Below the pieces are notes generated by a model. It did no database searches. It had not been told where the DNA came from and saw only the letters and a program-made list of their open reading frames with translations. A DNA stretch of 64,000 bases from an uncultured Chloroflexia bacterium (GTDB taxonomy: Bacteria; Chloroflexota; Anaerolineae; Anaerolineales; E44-bin32), in contig CAWCPF010000003.1 of the NCBI GenBank assembly GCA_963797485.1, forward strand, positions 199,957-263,956, written 5' to 3'. Below, piece by piece: positions 9,613 to 18,744 of the stretch (its first letter is position 1; every line of letters begins with the position of its first letter). The position numbers and the translations under genes were made by a program.

Positions 9613-10184
9613 CTACTGCGGCAGGCGGGCGATGTACGGGCAGCTGGCGGTAGTGCCCTTGGTGTTGAAGCCCGTAGCCCACCAGGAAATCGTCGGGGGC
9701 CTCAAAGCCGACATAGGCCAGAGGAATGCGGATCAGACGTCGGTGGGGCCGGTCCAGCAGCGCGGCCACATGGATGGTAGGCCGGCTGGCGGGGAATCAG
9801 TGAGCCGATCAGATGATGCAGCGTCAAGCCGGTGTCGACAATGTCCTCGACCAGCAAAACCGGCCGACCGCGGAGATCGGCCTCCAGATCCTTGACGATT
9901 TGGACCCGAGCGGGTTCGCCATCCGGCGGCCCGAACCGGCTTAGGGCCATGGTGTCGGTTTCGACCGGGATCGACAGCTCCCGCAGCAGGTCCCCCAGAA
10001 ACAGGATCGCCCCGGGGAGCACGCCGACGATCAGGAGCGGCGCGCCGGCGTAGTCGGCCGAAATGTCCCCCGCCAGCCGGTGAATGGCGGCCTGAATCTG
10101 GTCCCGGTCGAAGACCACGGAACCCGAATCAAAATCCAACGGGCGCCCGTCGGCGCGGGTCGTAAGGTCAGAACTCTGAGGCAC
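9613..10184 (-). pseudogene. hpt: hypoxanthine phosphoribosyltransferase, interrupted by two frameshifts
   Basis: The N-terminal frame carries the PRPP loop VLLVEDIVDTGLTL. The middle frame carries IHVAALLDRPHRR...YVGFEAPDDFLVGYGL. The conserved end YRQLPYIARLPQ-stop is only reached in a third frame. Shifts lie near 9779 and 9638-9640 (GGG run). Confidence 0.85.
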
Positions 10185-10569
10185 CTAGCAAACCGGGGGC
10201 ACGATCCTGAAGTCCATACTTAATGAGCAGGCCGCGCATCTGACGCCGGTTGAGCAGACGGACTTCGACGCCGGGATACAGTTCGGTCAGACGGCGGAAC
10301 TTATGATGCTTGCGGGTTATCGAAGACTGCCGCAGGGTCGTGAGCTCGACATACAAATCGAAGGGCGGCAAGTAGAAATCGGGCGTCACAGCTTCCTTGA
10401 CCGCGCCCTGCGGGTCGTAGGCCAGCGGAAACGTTGTCGGCTCGTAGCACCAGGGGATTCCATAGTAGTCCAACAGGCGGGCGAACTCGGCCTCGATCGG
10501 GTGCGCGAAATCCTTGGGGGGGTTGGGGTTGGGAACGGGTTCCACGGTGGGTGGGGATGATACCCCCAC
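10168..10569 (-). CDS. conserved hypothetical protein (133 aa)
   Basis: Non-repetitive ORF with balanced composition. Its 3' end overlaps the hpt start by 17 nt, suggesting an operon. No family recognised with certainty. Confidence 0.55.
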   Translation of the reverse strand: MGVSSPPTVEPVPNPNPPKDFAHPIEAEFARLLDYYGIPWCYEPTTFPLAYDPQGAVKEAVTPDFYLPPFDLYVELTTLRQSSITRKHHKFRRLTELYPGVEVRLLNRRQMRGLLIKYGLQDRAPGLLGASEF

Positions 10570-10623
10570 GGGGACGGCCTGTCAAACCAGGCACCGCCAC
10601 ATCTGGGATAGCCCGATCCGACT

Positions 10624-10639
10624 TGTGAAGGACTTCACA
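10624..10639. promoter_or_regulatory. CRP/FNR-type palindrome TGTGA-N6-TCACA (site 2 of 8)
   Basis: CTTGTGAAGGACTTCACAAG, ~55 nt upstream of the start (10569, minus strand) of the 133-aa gene/hpt pair. Confidence 0.5.
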
Positions 10640-10690
10640 AGGTAATTGGGAGGTGCGGCGGCGCCATGGAGACGACCGGGCCGAAGCTGA

Positions 10691-11212
10691 TCATTCGTCG
10701 GAGGCAGGCGGGTGGAACACTTTTTCTCCGGCGCGGATCGGAACGCCGACCCGGTTTTCCGGTGGCGTGATCGGGCACGACCAGGCCTCGTTGTAGGCAC
10801 AGTACGGGTTGTAGGCCAGGTTGAAGTTGATCCGAAACCGGTTGTCGCCCAAAGGCTCCGGCTCGAGGTAGCGGCCGGCCCCGTAGGTCTCCTGGCCGCG
10901 TAGGGCGTCCACAAACGGCAGGAAGTAGCCGTGCTCGTTGTGATACACGGTTAGGCTGGCGGGGACGCCATCGACCTCGAAGTCGAAGCGGCCGAAGCGC
11001 TCATAGGTCTGAACGTCCCCGGTGGTGGTCTGCATCTGGACGGGCTGGGCCTCTTCGAACGGTGCCACCGGGACTTCCATGTCCAGGGCTGGATTCTCTG
11101 GGAAGTACTTCAGCCCCTGAAACACCTGTCGCTGGGCCAGGGTCAACGGACTTGAGAGCTCGTGCCGGAAGGTCTCGTCCTTGGATTGGCGAAAGTCGTC
11201 AAGCTCGGTCAT
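10691..11212 (-). CDS. DUF1684 domain-containing protein
   Basis: 173 aa with the family-typical segments GLKYFPxNP, GRFDFEVDG, YGAGRYLE, NLAYNPYCAYN..WSCPI. Confidence 0.75.
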   Translation of the reverse strand: MTELDDFRQSKDETFRHELSSPLTLAQRQVFQGLKYFPENPALDMEVPVAPFEEAQPVQMQTTTGDVQTYERFGRFDFEVDGVPASLTVYHNEHGYFLPFVDALRGQETYGAGRYLEPEPLGDNRFRINFNLAYNPYCAYNEAWSCPITPPENRVGVPIRAGEKVFHPPASDE

Positions 11213-11408
11213 GCATGCGCCTCCAGGTGGGCCGCGAATTCCTCGGTGACAAGCCCTGGCATGCTAGCTGACCGCCGTTGACGGGAGGTCAGCGCCCACA
11301 TGCGGTCTATGTTAACCTTCTTCTTGCGGACCGGCCGTAAGATGAACCCGATATTGTTCGACGCCCCTCTTGGGGCGATCCGAGACTTTTGAGCTGAGGT
11401 GAACAGAC

Positions 11409-13292
11409 ATGTCGAAGATTATCGGAATCGACCTTGGGACGACCAACAGTGTCGGAGCCGTGATGGAAGCCGGCGATCCGGCCGTAATCCCAACGGCCGA
11501 AGGCGGGCGGCTGGTTCCATCCATCGTCGCCTTCAACAAGAATGGCGAACGCATGGTCGGCCAAACCGCCAAGCGGCAGGCTGTGGTCAACTCTGAAAAC
11601 ACAATCTACTCGATCAAGCGCATGATCGGGCGCCGGTTCGACGAGGTCGAGCAGGAACGCAAGATGGTGTCCTACGACACCGTCGAAGGTCCGAGCAACG
11701 AGGTTCTGGTGAAGGTGCCGGCCACCGACCGCGAGTACACGCCGCAGGAGATTTCGGCCATGATCCTGGCCAAGATCAAGCAGGATGCCGAGGCCTACCT
11801 GGGCGAACCGGTGAGCAAGGCTGTCATCACCGTGCCCGCCTACTTCAACGACGCACAGCGCCAGGCCACCAAGGACGCGGGGAAGATCGCCGGCCTGGAG
11901 GTCATGCGCATCATCAACGAACCCACGGCGGCTGCCCTGGCCTACGGCCTGGACAAGAAGGAAAACGAAGTCATCCTGGTCTTCGACCTGGGTGGCGGCA
12001 CCTTCGACGTCAGCCTGCTGGAGGTCGGCGATGGCGTGATCGAGGTCAAGGCCACCAACGGTGACACTCACCTGGGCGGCGATGACTGGGATCAACGCAT
12101 CGTCAACCACATCGCCGATGAGTATAAGAAGGACCAGGGCATCGACCTGCGCGGCGACCGGCAAGCGCTCCAGCGGTTGCGCGAGGCGGCCGAGAGGGCC
12201 AAGATCGAGCTGTCCTCGGTGACCGAGACCGAGATCAACTTGCCCTTCGTGACGGCAGACGCCACCGGCCCCAAGCACCTGCAAATGAAGCTGACGCGCT
12301 CCAAGCTCGAGCAGCTGACCGAGGATTTGGTTCAGCGGCTTCGGGGACCGTTTGAATTGGTCCTCAAGGACGGCAGCGTCCTGACGCACCAATTGGACGA
12401 GGTCGTGCTCGTCGGCGGCGCCACGCGCATGCCGATGGTCCAGGATCTGGTCCGCGAGCTGACCGGTAAGGATCCCCACAAGGGTGTCAATCCGGACGAG
12501 GTCGTGGCCGTCGGCGCCGCCATCCAGGGCGGCGTGCTGGGCGGGGAGGTCAAGGATGTCCTGCTGCTCGACGTGACGCCCCTCTCCCTGGGGGTCGAAA
12601 CGCTGGGTGGCGTAATGACACCCCTGATCGAGCGCAACACGACCATCCCGGTCAAGAAATCGGAGATCTTCTCTACGGCCGAGGACAGCCAGACAGCCGT
12701 GGATATCCATGTGCTCCAGGGCGAGCGTACCATAGCCAGCGATAACATGAGCCTGGGCCGATTCCGGCTGGAAGGTATTCCGTCGGCGCCGCGCGGGGTG
12801 CCTCAGGTCGAGGTCACCTTCGACATCGACGCCAACGGGATTATCAATGTCTCGGCCAAGGATAAGGCCACCGGGCGGGAGCAAAAGGTCACCATCACCG
12901 CCTCCACCAACCTGTCCGAACAGGACATCGACCGGATGGTCAACGAGGCCAAGCAGCACCGCACCGATGATGAAAAGCGCCGTGAGCTGGTGGACGCCCG
13001 CAACGCCGGCGACAGCACCGCCTACCAGGCGGAGAAGACCCTCAAGGAGCTTGGCGACAAGGTCCCGGCCGACGATCGCAACAAGATCGAAGAGCAAATT
13101 CAATCCCTGAGGCAAGCCCTGCAGGGCGAAGACATCAGCCGGATCAAGACCTTGACCGAGCAGGTGCAGCAGGCAAGTTACGCGCTCGGCCAGCAGCTGC
13201 AGGCGGACCGCCAGTCAGCTACCCCTCCGGCGGAGGGGGCCACGGATCAGCCGGAAGGCGATGTCGTCGAAGGCGAGTTTCGAGAGGCGTGA
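11409..13292 (+). CDS. dnaK: molecular chaperone DnaK (Hsp70)
   Basis: 627 aa. [30 protein letters not shown], and a C-terminal lid ending in an acidic tail. Confidence 0.97.
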   Translation: MSKIIGIDLGTTNSVGAVMEAGDPAVIPTAEGGRLVPSIVAFNKNGERMVGQTAKRQAVVNSENTIYSIKRMIGRRFDEVEQERKMVSYDTVEGPSNEVLVKVPATDREYTPQEISAMILAKIKQDAEAYLGEPVSKAVITVPAYFNDAQRQATKDAGKIAGLEVMRIINEPTAAALAYGLDKKENEVILVFDLGGGTFDVSLLEVGDGVIEVKATNGDTHLGGDDWDQRIVNHIADEYKKDQGIDLRGDRQALQRLREAAERAKIELSSVTETEINLPFVTADATGPKHLQMKLTRSKLEQLTEDLVQRLRGPFELVLKDGSVLTHQLDEVVLVGGATRMPMVQDLVRELTGKDPHKGVNPDEVVAVGAAIQGGVLGGEVKDVLLLDVTPLSLGVETLGGVMTPLIERNTTIPVKKSEIFSTAEDSQTAVDIHVLQGERTIASDNMSLGRFRLEGIPSAPRGVPQVEVTFDIDANGIINVSAKDKATGREQKVTITASTNLSEQDIDRMVNEAKQHRTDDEKRRELVDARNAGDSTAYQAEKTLKELGDKVPADDRNKIEEQIQSLRQALQGEDISRIKTLTEQVQQASYALGQQLQADRQSATPPAEGATDQPEGDVVEGEFREA

Positions 13293-13322
13293 TAGACGCA
13301 AGGCCACACAGAGCAACCCACG

Positions 13323-13357
13323 AGGGCCGTCCCAGCAGGGGCGGCCCTTTCGCTTTC
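13323..13357 (+). terminator. rho-independent terminator downstream of dnaK
   Basis: AGGGCCGUCCC-AGCA-GGGGCGGCCCU hairpin followed by UUCGCUUUC. Confidence 0.65.
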
Positions 13358-13440
13358 ATCTCCACCGCCTGCCTCAAGTTGACCGCGAACGGAGTCAGGC
13401 CGCCCCTCGAAAACACAGGGGAGATGACGACCGCGATCGG

Positions 13441-13600
13441 CCTCACCCCCCGGCTCCTTGGACCACGATCCCCTTCCCCTGGGTTGGCTGCCAGCAGCTT
13501 AGATCCAGCTCATCCCAGACGGAGGGGTAAGGGGTGGGGGTAGACGCGCCACCCGGGTTGGAGCCCGGCCGGGAAGTGGGTTTCAATACGGAGAAGGGGC
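13441..13600. repeat. GC-rich palindromic (REP/MITE-like) intergenic repeat, copy B
   Basis: Shares the core CCCCTGGGTTGGCTGCCAGCAGCTTAGATCCAGCTCATCCCAGACGGAGGGGTAAGGGGTGGGGGTAGAC and flanks (CCTCACCCCC upstream, TCAATACGGAGAAGGGG downstream) with copy A at 9398-9530. Confidence 0.7.
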
Positions 13601-13696
13601 TGTCCCTGCAGCGTGTGAGACAGAGCCGTTCACTGATCTTGAGCCTCGCGGGCCATGTATAATCCTCCACACGCACCACGCCAGGAGGCGTCTCAC

Positions 13697-14152
13697 ATGA
13701 CCGCTGCAACCCCGCGCCCGGTTGACCCAAGAGACCTCCAGGGTCTCATTGAAGACGCCCTTTGGGACTACGAACCCGTCCGCAGCAGTGACGTCCCCCT
13801 GAAGCTGCACGTGACCGACCTTGGCCGGGTAGGCCTGCGGGGGTGGGTCCGTTCGAGGGTGATCAAGGACAACATCGAAGCCATCGTCTCCGGCGTGCCG
13901 GGGGTGGCGGCCGTTGAGAACGAGCTGCTGGCCGACTCCGATCTGGAGATCTGGGCCGCACGGGCGCTGGCCGACGCCCCCGGGCTGGGCGAGCTGCCGC
14001 CGGGGAGATTGATTGTGCGCGCTCATCTCGGCGCGGTGGGGCTGGTCGGACACATTCCGGATGAAGCCACTCGGCAGGCGGTCGCGGGAGTGGTGGGGAC
14101 GATGCCCGGGGTCCGGCGTGTGGTTGATAACATGCAGGTGAGCCAATCGTAG
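13697..14152 (+). CDS. BON domain-containing protein
   Basis: Two BON-like halves (..IEAIVSGVPGVAAVENEL.. and ..AVAGVVGTMPGVRRVVDNMQV). AGGAGG lies 8 nt upstream of ATG 13697. The longer ORF from 13655 would begin inside a TATAATCC box (13658-13665). Confidence 0.7.
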   Translation: MTAATPRPVDPRDLQGLIEDALWDYEPVRSSDVPLKLHVTDLGRVGLRGWVRSRVIKDNIEAIVSGVPGVAAVENELLADSDLEIWAARALADAPGLGELPPGRLIVRAHLGAVGLVGHIPDEATRQAVAGVVGTMPGVRRVVDNMQVSQS

Positions 14153-14173
14153 GGTAAGGGTAGGGTCGATTTC

Positions 14174-14202
14174 TTGTCACTGTCTTGGCCGGGTCTTATA
14201 AT
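14174..14202 (+). promoter_or_regulatory. sigma-70-type promoter upstream of ilvE
   Basis: TTGTCA (14174-14179), 17-nt spacer, TATAAT (14197-14202). Confidence 0.55.
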
Positions 14203-14285
14203 GAAATCGCCAGGTCGGTGTGCATGATGAACAAACGAATTTCCTCGTTCTGCCTGCAAAGGTGCCTGGTAGGAGGTATGCCAGC

Positions 14286-15230
14286 GTGACCCTTCCGAAG
14301 TATGCCTATTTCCGCGGGGACATCGTGCCCTATGATCAGGCCAAAGTCGGCATCATGAACCACACGCTGAACTACGGGACGGGTGCGTTCGGCGGTGTGC
14401 GGGGCTACTGGAACAGCGAGTCCAAACAGCTATTTGTCTTCCGGGGCCTCGACCATTTCATTCGACTGCTTGACTTGGCTAAACTGCTGGCCTGCGAGGT
14501 CAGCTTATCGGCTGAGGCGCTGCGGGATATTGCTTTGGAACTGCTGCGGACGGAGGGTTATCGGGAAGACTGCTACCTCCGTCCGCTGGTTTACAAGGCC
14601 GACGAGATCATCGGGGTGCGGCTGCATGACCTGACGGACGAGGTCGCCATGTTCGCTGTTCCCTTCGGCCGGTATGTTGAGCGCGACGAAGGTGCCCATG
14701 TCACCATTTCGGCGTGGCGGCGGATTGACGACAACATGATTCCGGCGTGTGGCAAGATCACCGGGGCGTATGTCAATTCGGCGTTGGTCAAGACCGACGC
14801 CATCCGCGGCGGGTTCGACGAAGCGCTGGTGCTGAATGTCGACGGGCACGTATCGGAGGGGAGCGCCGAAAACCTGTTCATGCTCAAGTTCGGCAAACTG
14901 GTCACCCCGCCCGTGACGGACAACATCCTCGAGGGCATCACCCGGCGCACCATCATGGTGCTGGCCAGGGACGAGCTGGGCATGGAAGTCGTCGAGCGGT
15001 CAATCGACCGAACCGAGATATACCTGGCCGATGAGCTGTTCATGACCGGCACGGCCGCTCAAGTGACGGCGATCACGCGCGTCGATCATCGCCCGGTCGG
15101 GACCGGCGTCATGGGACCGCTGACCACCAAGCTCCGCCGACTCTACGACGACACTGTTCGAGGTCGGCTGCCGGCTTACCGGGATTGGAACACGCCGGTG
15201 TATGTTGAAGAGCGTTCGACTGTCGGCTGA
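14286..15230 (+). CDS. ilvE: branched-chain amino acid aminotransferase
   Basis: Class IV aminotransferase features (..GTGAFGGVRGY.., ..EGSAENLF.., ..LEGITRRT.., ..ELFMTGTAAQV). AGGAGG is followed after 9 nt by in-frame GTG 14286. The ORF track start is 14220. Confidence 0.85.
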   Translation: MTLPKYAYFRGDIVPYDQAKVGIMNHTLNYGTGAFGGVRGYWNSESKQLFVFRGLDHFIRLLDLAKLLACEVSLSAEALRDIALELLRTEGYREDCYLRPLVYKADEIIGVRLHDLTDEVAMFAVPFGRYVERDEGAHVTISAWRRIDDNMIPACGKITGAYVNSALVKTDAIRGGFDEALVLNVDGHVSEGSAENLFMLKFGKLVTPPVTDNILEGITRRTIMVLARDELGMEVVERSIDRTEIYLADELFMTGTAAQVTAITRVDHRPVGTGVMGPLTTKLRRLYDDTVRGRLPAYRDWNTPVYVEERSTVG

Positions 15231-15336
15231 AACCGGCTCAAGCCAGGACCTCGCTGCCACCGCACATGGAATTCAAGCCCCCGCGTGCGAGGTACTCTGA
15301 TCGGGATCGGTTTTCCTGGTCGTCCTCGGCTCGGCC

Positions 15337-16171
15337 ATGGCTTTCGGTTTGGGCCGAATGGACGTCTCCCCGGTCACACCCTGGATCATCCTGTGGGTTC
15401 TCCTGCCCCTGGTCTGCCTGCCTATGGCGGGCCTGGTGATCTACCGCCTCTACGGGCTGTGGACGGCTCGTTTTCGGCTCGATGGCGAGGGCTTCTACCT
15501 GTGGTGGGGGTTGAGTTTCGAGCAGATCCCGCTGGACCAGGTTGATGCGGTCCAGCCCGTCACACCCGAGTTTGCAGGCGTGGCCTTGGCGCCGGGTCTC
15601 TGGTGGCCCGGCTGCGCCGTGACCCATGCCCAGCTTGGCCAGGGCGCGCCGGCGGAGGTCTTTGCCGGAGGCGACCCCCGCTCGGGCGTGCTGGTGCGCA
15701 CCGTCAACAAGGCCTTCCTCGTCACGCCCGCCCAATCCGATAGGTTTGTGAATTCTTTCACAGAGGCCACTCGCCAGGGATCGCTGCGCCCCATCCCCGC
15801 CCAGTCGCATCGGCCCGACTTCCTGGTGGGAAGGGTATGGTCCGATCCCTGGGCTCGAGGCTCTGATGGTATTAGGGGCGGTCATCCCGCTCCTGCTGCT
15901 GGCCTTTGTCGGCTGGCGGGCGTCGATGTTGGTCGGGCCGGTGCCGTTTGGCTTTGACCAGTTCGGCAGCCCCGATCCGTTGGCGCCCCCGGGCCGGCTG
16001 CTGCTTCTGCCGTTGATGGCCGGGTTTGTCTGGCTGGCCGATGCCATGCTCGGGATATGGCTTTATCAGGCGCCGGACCGGCGCGGCCTGGCCTATACTG
16101 TGTGGCTGGCGGCTGTAATCAGTGGTGGGCTTCTGGCGGGAGCCGCTCTCCAATTGATATCCCAAGCTTGA
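15337..16171 (+). pseudogene. membrane protein (bPH-like N-terminal region), apparent +1 frameshift
   Basis: ORF 15337..15957 and the hydrophobic ORF 15866..16171 overlap in adjacent frames. The second frame is open from 15752. A join near 15850-15865 gives one continuous membrane protein. The alternative is two separate genes. Confidence 0.45.
15747..15762. promoter_or_regulatory. CRP/FNR-type palindrome TGTGA-N6-TCACA (site 3 of 8, intragenic)
   Basis: TTTGTGAATTCTTTCACAG inside the 15337 ORF, read as F-V-N-S-F-T. Confidence 0.4.
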
Positions 16172-16232
16172 CGGGGTTCTGTCCACCGTCGGCCGACGTT
16201 TTTCCACAAGCACCCGGCAGGTTATCCACAGG

Positions 16233-17051
16233 TTGCGGGCATCACGGGGAGAGATGGGGTTACAACTTCTACTAGGTTGTGCGCTGGCGCTGGTCGTGGC
16301 GGTCGCCAGCTACCAGGCTGGGGCTCTGTCGGCTTCCGGCGCGTGGGCGGCCTGGGCGATAGGCAGCCTGACATTCGGATTGGGTGGCTGGCCGGCCGCC
16401 GCACTTCTGCTGGCCTTCTTTGTCTCGTCCAGTGCCTTGTCAGCCGTCGGCCGAGCCACCAAACAGCGCCTGGCGGAGAAATTCTCCAAAGATTCCCGCC
16501 GTGACGCCGGACAGGTCCTGGCCAACGGGAGCCTGGCGGCGGTTCTGGCGGTTGGCTTCGGGCTGCAGGGTTCCGGCCTGTGGTTGACCGCCATGGCCGG
16601 CGCGCTGGCGGCCGCTAACGCCGACACATGGGCGACCGAGTTGGGTGTGCTGTCAAACGCGCCTCCAAGGCGTATCACCGGGGGCGCGCCGGTGGAGCCT
16701 GGGACCTCGGGGGCAGTGAGCGGCCTGGGGATGCTGGCGGCCCTGGCGGGCGCAGGGCTGATCGGGTTACTGGACGGCGGCCTCCAGGGACGGCTGATGC
16801 CGGCCTTGATCGTCACGAGCGCGGGCCTGGCCGGGTCTTTGGCCGACAGCCTGCTCGGCGCCACGGTCCAGGCGATCTATTGGTGTCCGGGCTGCGGGCG
16901 GGAAACCGAGCGGCACCCGCGGCACGTGTGCGGCACGCCTACGCACCGGGTCCGCGGCTGGCGCTGGTTGGACAACGACGGGGTGAATTTCGCGGCCACG
17001 TTGGTCGGGGGCGGGCTGGGTGCTGGACTTGCGGCGTTGTTGCAGGCTTGA
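16233..17051 (+). CDS. DUF92 (TMEM19-like) integral membrane protein
   Basis: 272 aa, polytopic, with the family-like segment AAANADTWATELG. An alternative start is ATG 16254. Confidence 0.7.
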   Translation: MRASRGEMGLQLLLGCALALVVAVASYQAGALSASGAWAAWAIGSLTFGLGGWPAAALLLAFFVSSSALSAVGRATKQRLAEKFSKDSRRDAGQVLANGSLAAVLAVGFGLQGSGLWLTAMAGALAAANADTWATELGVLSNAPPRRITGGAPVEPGTSGAVSGLGMLAALAGAGLIGLLDGGLQGRLMPALIVTSAGLAGSLADSLLGATVQAIYWCPGCGRETERHPRHVCGTPTHRVRGWRWLDNDGVNFAATLVGGGLGAGLAALLQA

Positions 17052-17131
17052 AGACCCGTTTGCCAATGTCGTAATAGAATGAAAGCGCGGCGGTGGGTTG
17101 GGGCCGGATTTGGAGGCGACCCGCGGTGGGC

Positions 17132-18394
17132 ATGGATCAGGTGCTTGGGGTGGTGTTGGGGGGCGGCCGAGGGTCTCGCTTGTGGCCGCTCACCAAGCTG
17201 CGCGCCAAGCCGGCCGTGCCGATCGGCGGGAAATACCGCCTGGTGGATATCCCGGTCAGCAACTGCTTGAACTCCGGCATTCAGAGAATCGCCATTCTTA
17301 CCCAGTTCAACTCCGTCTCGCTCCATCGTCACATCGCCCAGACCTACCATTTCGATTTGTTCCATCCTGGCTGGGTGCAGATTCTGGCCGCAGAACAGAC
17401 CATGACCAGCGCCGACTGGTATCAGGGAACAGCCGACGCCGTCCGTAAGCAGTTGTTCGAAATCCGGGTGACGGGCGCCGAGGACATACTGATACTGGCC
17501 GGGGATCACCTGTACCGCATGGACTATGCTGAATTGGCGGCTTTCCATTGGGAACGCCAAGCGGACATCACCTTGGCAGCCAAGCTTGTCACCGAAGCCG
17601 ACACCGGCCGTCTGGGATTGGTGAAGCTTGACAACGACGGCCGGGTGACGGGTTTTAGAGAGAAGCCGAAAACGGCCGATCAACGCCGGCCTTACGCGGT
17701 GCCCTCCGAAGGGGGACCGCGCTATTACGGATCGATGGGCTTGTACCTTTTCAAGGCGGCTGTCCTGGAGGACTTGCTGCGCCAGACCCATGACGATTTT
17801 GGAAGCGGTATGATTCCGGCGGCCATTGACTCTCACCGGGTCTTCGCTTATCCCTTTGACGGCTACTGGGAAGATGTGGGCACGATCAGGGCCTATTACG
17901 AGGCCAATCTGGCCCTGACCGACCCGGAACCTAACTTCAGCTTCCAGGTGCGCGGCCGGCCGATTTTCACGCACCCGCGGTTTCTGCCTGGGTCACGCAC
18001 CTATGACGTGCAACTGGACCGGGCCCTGGTCTCGGAGGGCTGCATCATCAGCGGGGCCACCATCCGCCATTCCGTCGTGGGCATTCGCAGCCTCATCGGC
18101 CGCGGGGTCGAAATCCATGATTTCGTCGTCATGGGAGCCGACTACTACGAGGCCGATTCGCGTCAGTTGTCGACAGGCCTCCCGCCGCTGGGGATTGGGC
18201 CCAACACCGCCATCCGAGGCGCCATCATCGACAAAAACGCCCGTATCGGTACAGGCGTGACCATCCAGCCGTTTCCCGAAGGCGTCAGCTTCGATGCCGA
18301 GCAGTACAGCGTCCAGGATGGCATCGTGGTTGTACCCAAGCACGCTGTCCTGGAAGATGGAGCTACATTGTCGCCCGATTCTGGACCTGGCTAG
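17132..18394 (+). CDS. glgC: glucose-1-phosphate adenylyltransferase
   Basis: VLGGGRGSRLWPLTKLRAKPAVPIGGKYRLVDIPVSNCLNSG, plus a C-terminal left-handed beta-helix region. ATG 17132 fits the family N-terminus better than the track start 17093. Confidence 0.9.
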   Translation: MDQVLGVVLGGGRGSRLWPLTKLRAKPAVPIGGKYRLVDIPVSNCLNSGIQRIAILTQFNSVSLHRHIAQTYHFDLFHPGWVQILAAEQTMTSADWYQGTADAVRKQLFEIRVTGAEDILILAGDHLYRMDYAELAAFHWERQADITLAAKLVTEADTGRLGLVKLDNDGRVTGFREKPKTADQRRPYAVPSEGGPRYYGSMGLYLFKAAVLEDLLRQTHDDFGSGMIPAAIDSHRVFAYPFDGYWEDVGTIRAYYEANLALTDPEPNFSFQVRGRPIFTHPRFLPGSRTYDVQLDRALVSEGCIISGATIRHSVVGIRSLIGRGVEIHDFVVMGADYYEADSRQLSTGLPPLGIGPNTAIRGAIIDKNARIGTGVTIQPFPEGVSFDAEQYSVQDGIVVVPKHAVLEDGATLSPDSGPG

Positions 18395-18518
18395 CGAAAT
18401 GAACCCCACATTCACCAATTGTGTAGTATCAAGACAAAGACTTTTAGCCAAGGGACCCAAGGGCCGGGTGGCCCGGGGATTCCCGATATCAGGCCACTCG
18501 AGCCCTTGAGACCGGAGG

Positions 18519-18547
18519 TTGACGCTTGAATGGAGTCAGGGTAGAAT
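18519..18547 (+). promoter_or_regulatory. sigma-70-type promoter of the ABC transporter operon
   Basis: TTGACG (18519-18524), 17-nt spacer, TAGAAT (18542-18547). This implies a ~190-nt leader before GTG 18745. Confidence 0.55.
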
Positions 18548-18744
18548 TGAACCTTAAGCACGCCAGTATCCTCGGCGTGCTCCCCCAAGCCAGAGCACCC
18601 GGGACGGGCTCACCTGGCTTGTCCTACCCAGGTTGATGACATCAACTCCATGAGGAGGAGGTGGCAACCGACGACTAATCATCGATTACTTTGATATCCG
18701 AGAAATCGGCAAATCCGAAAGACCATTTTCAGGAGGAGAGAACT

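Noticed and set aside
9316-9780. 154-aa plus-strand ORF and other ORFs crossing the palindromic repeats (9242..9494, 13443..13730).
   Set aside because: They are generated by the C-rich and G-rich arms of the REP-like element (poly-Pro/Gly translations) and by the antisense of hpt.
11213-11408. Heat-shock operator (CIRCE or HAIR) or a clear promoter upstream of dnaK.
   Set aside because: No TTAGCACTC-N9-GAGTGCTAA or CTTGAGT-N7-ACTCAAG match was found. The candidate -35/-10 pairs have wrong spacing, and only a GCUGACC...GGUCAGC hairpin is present.
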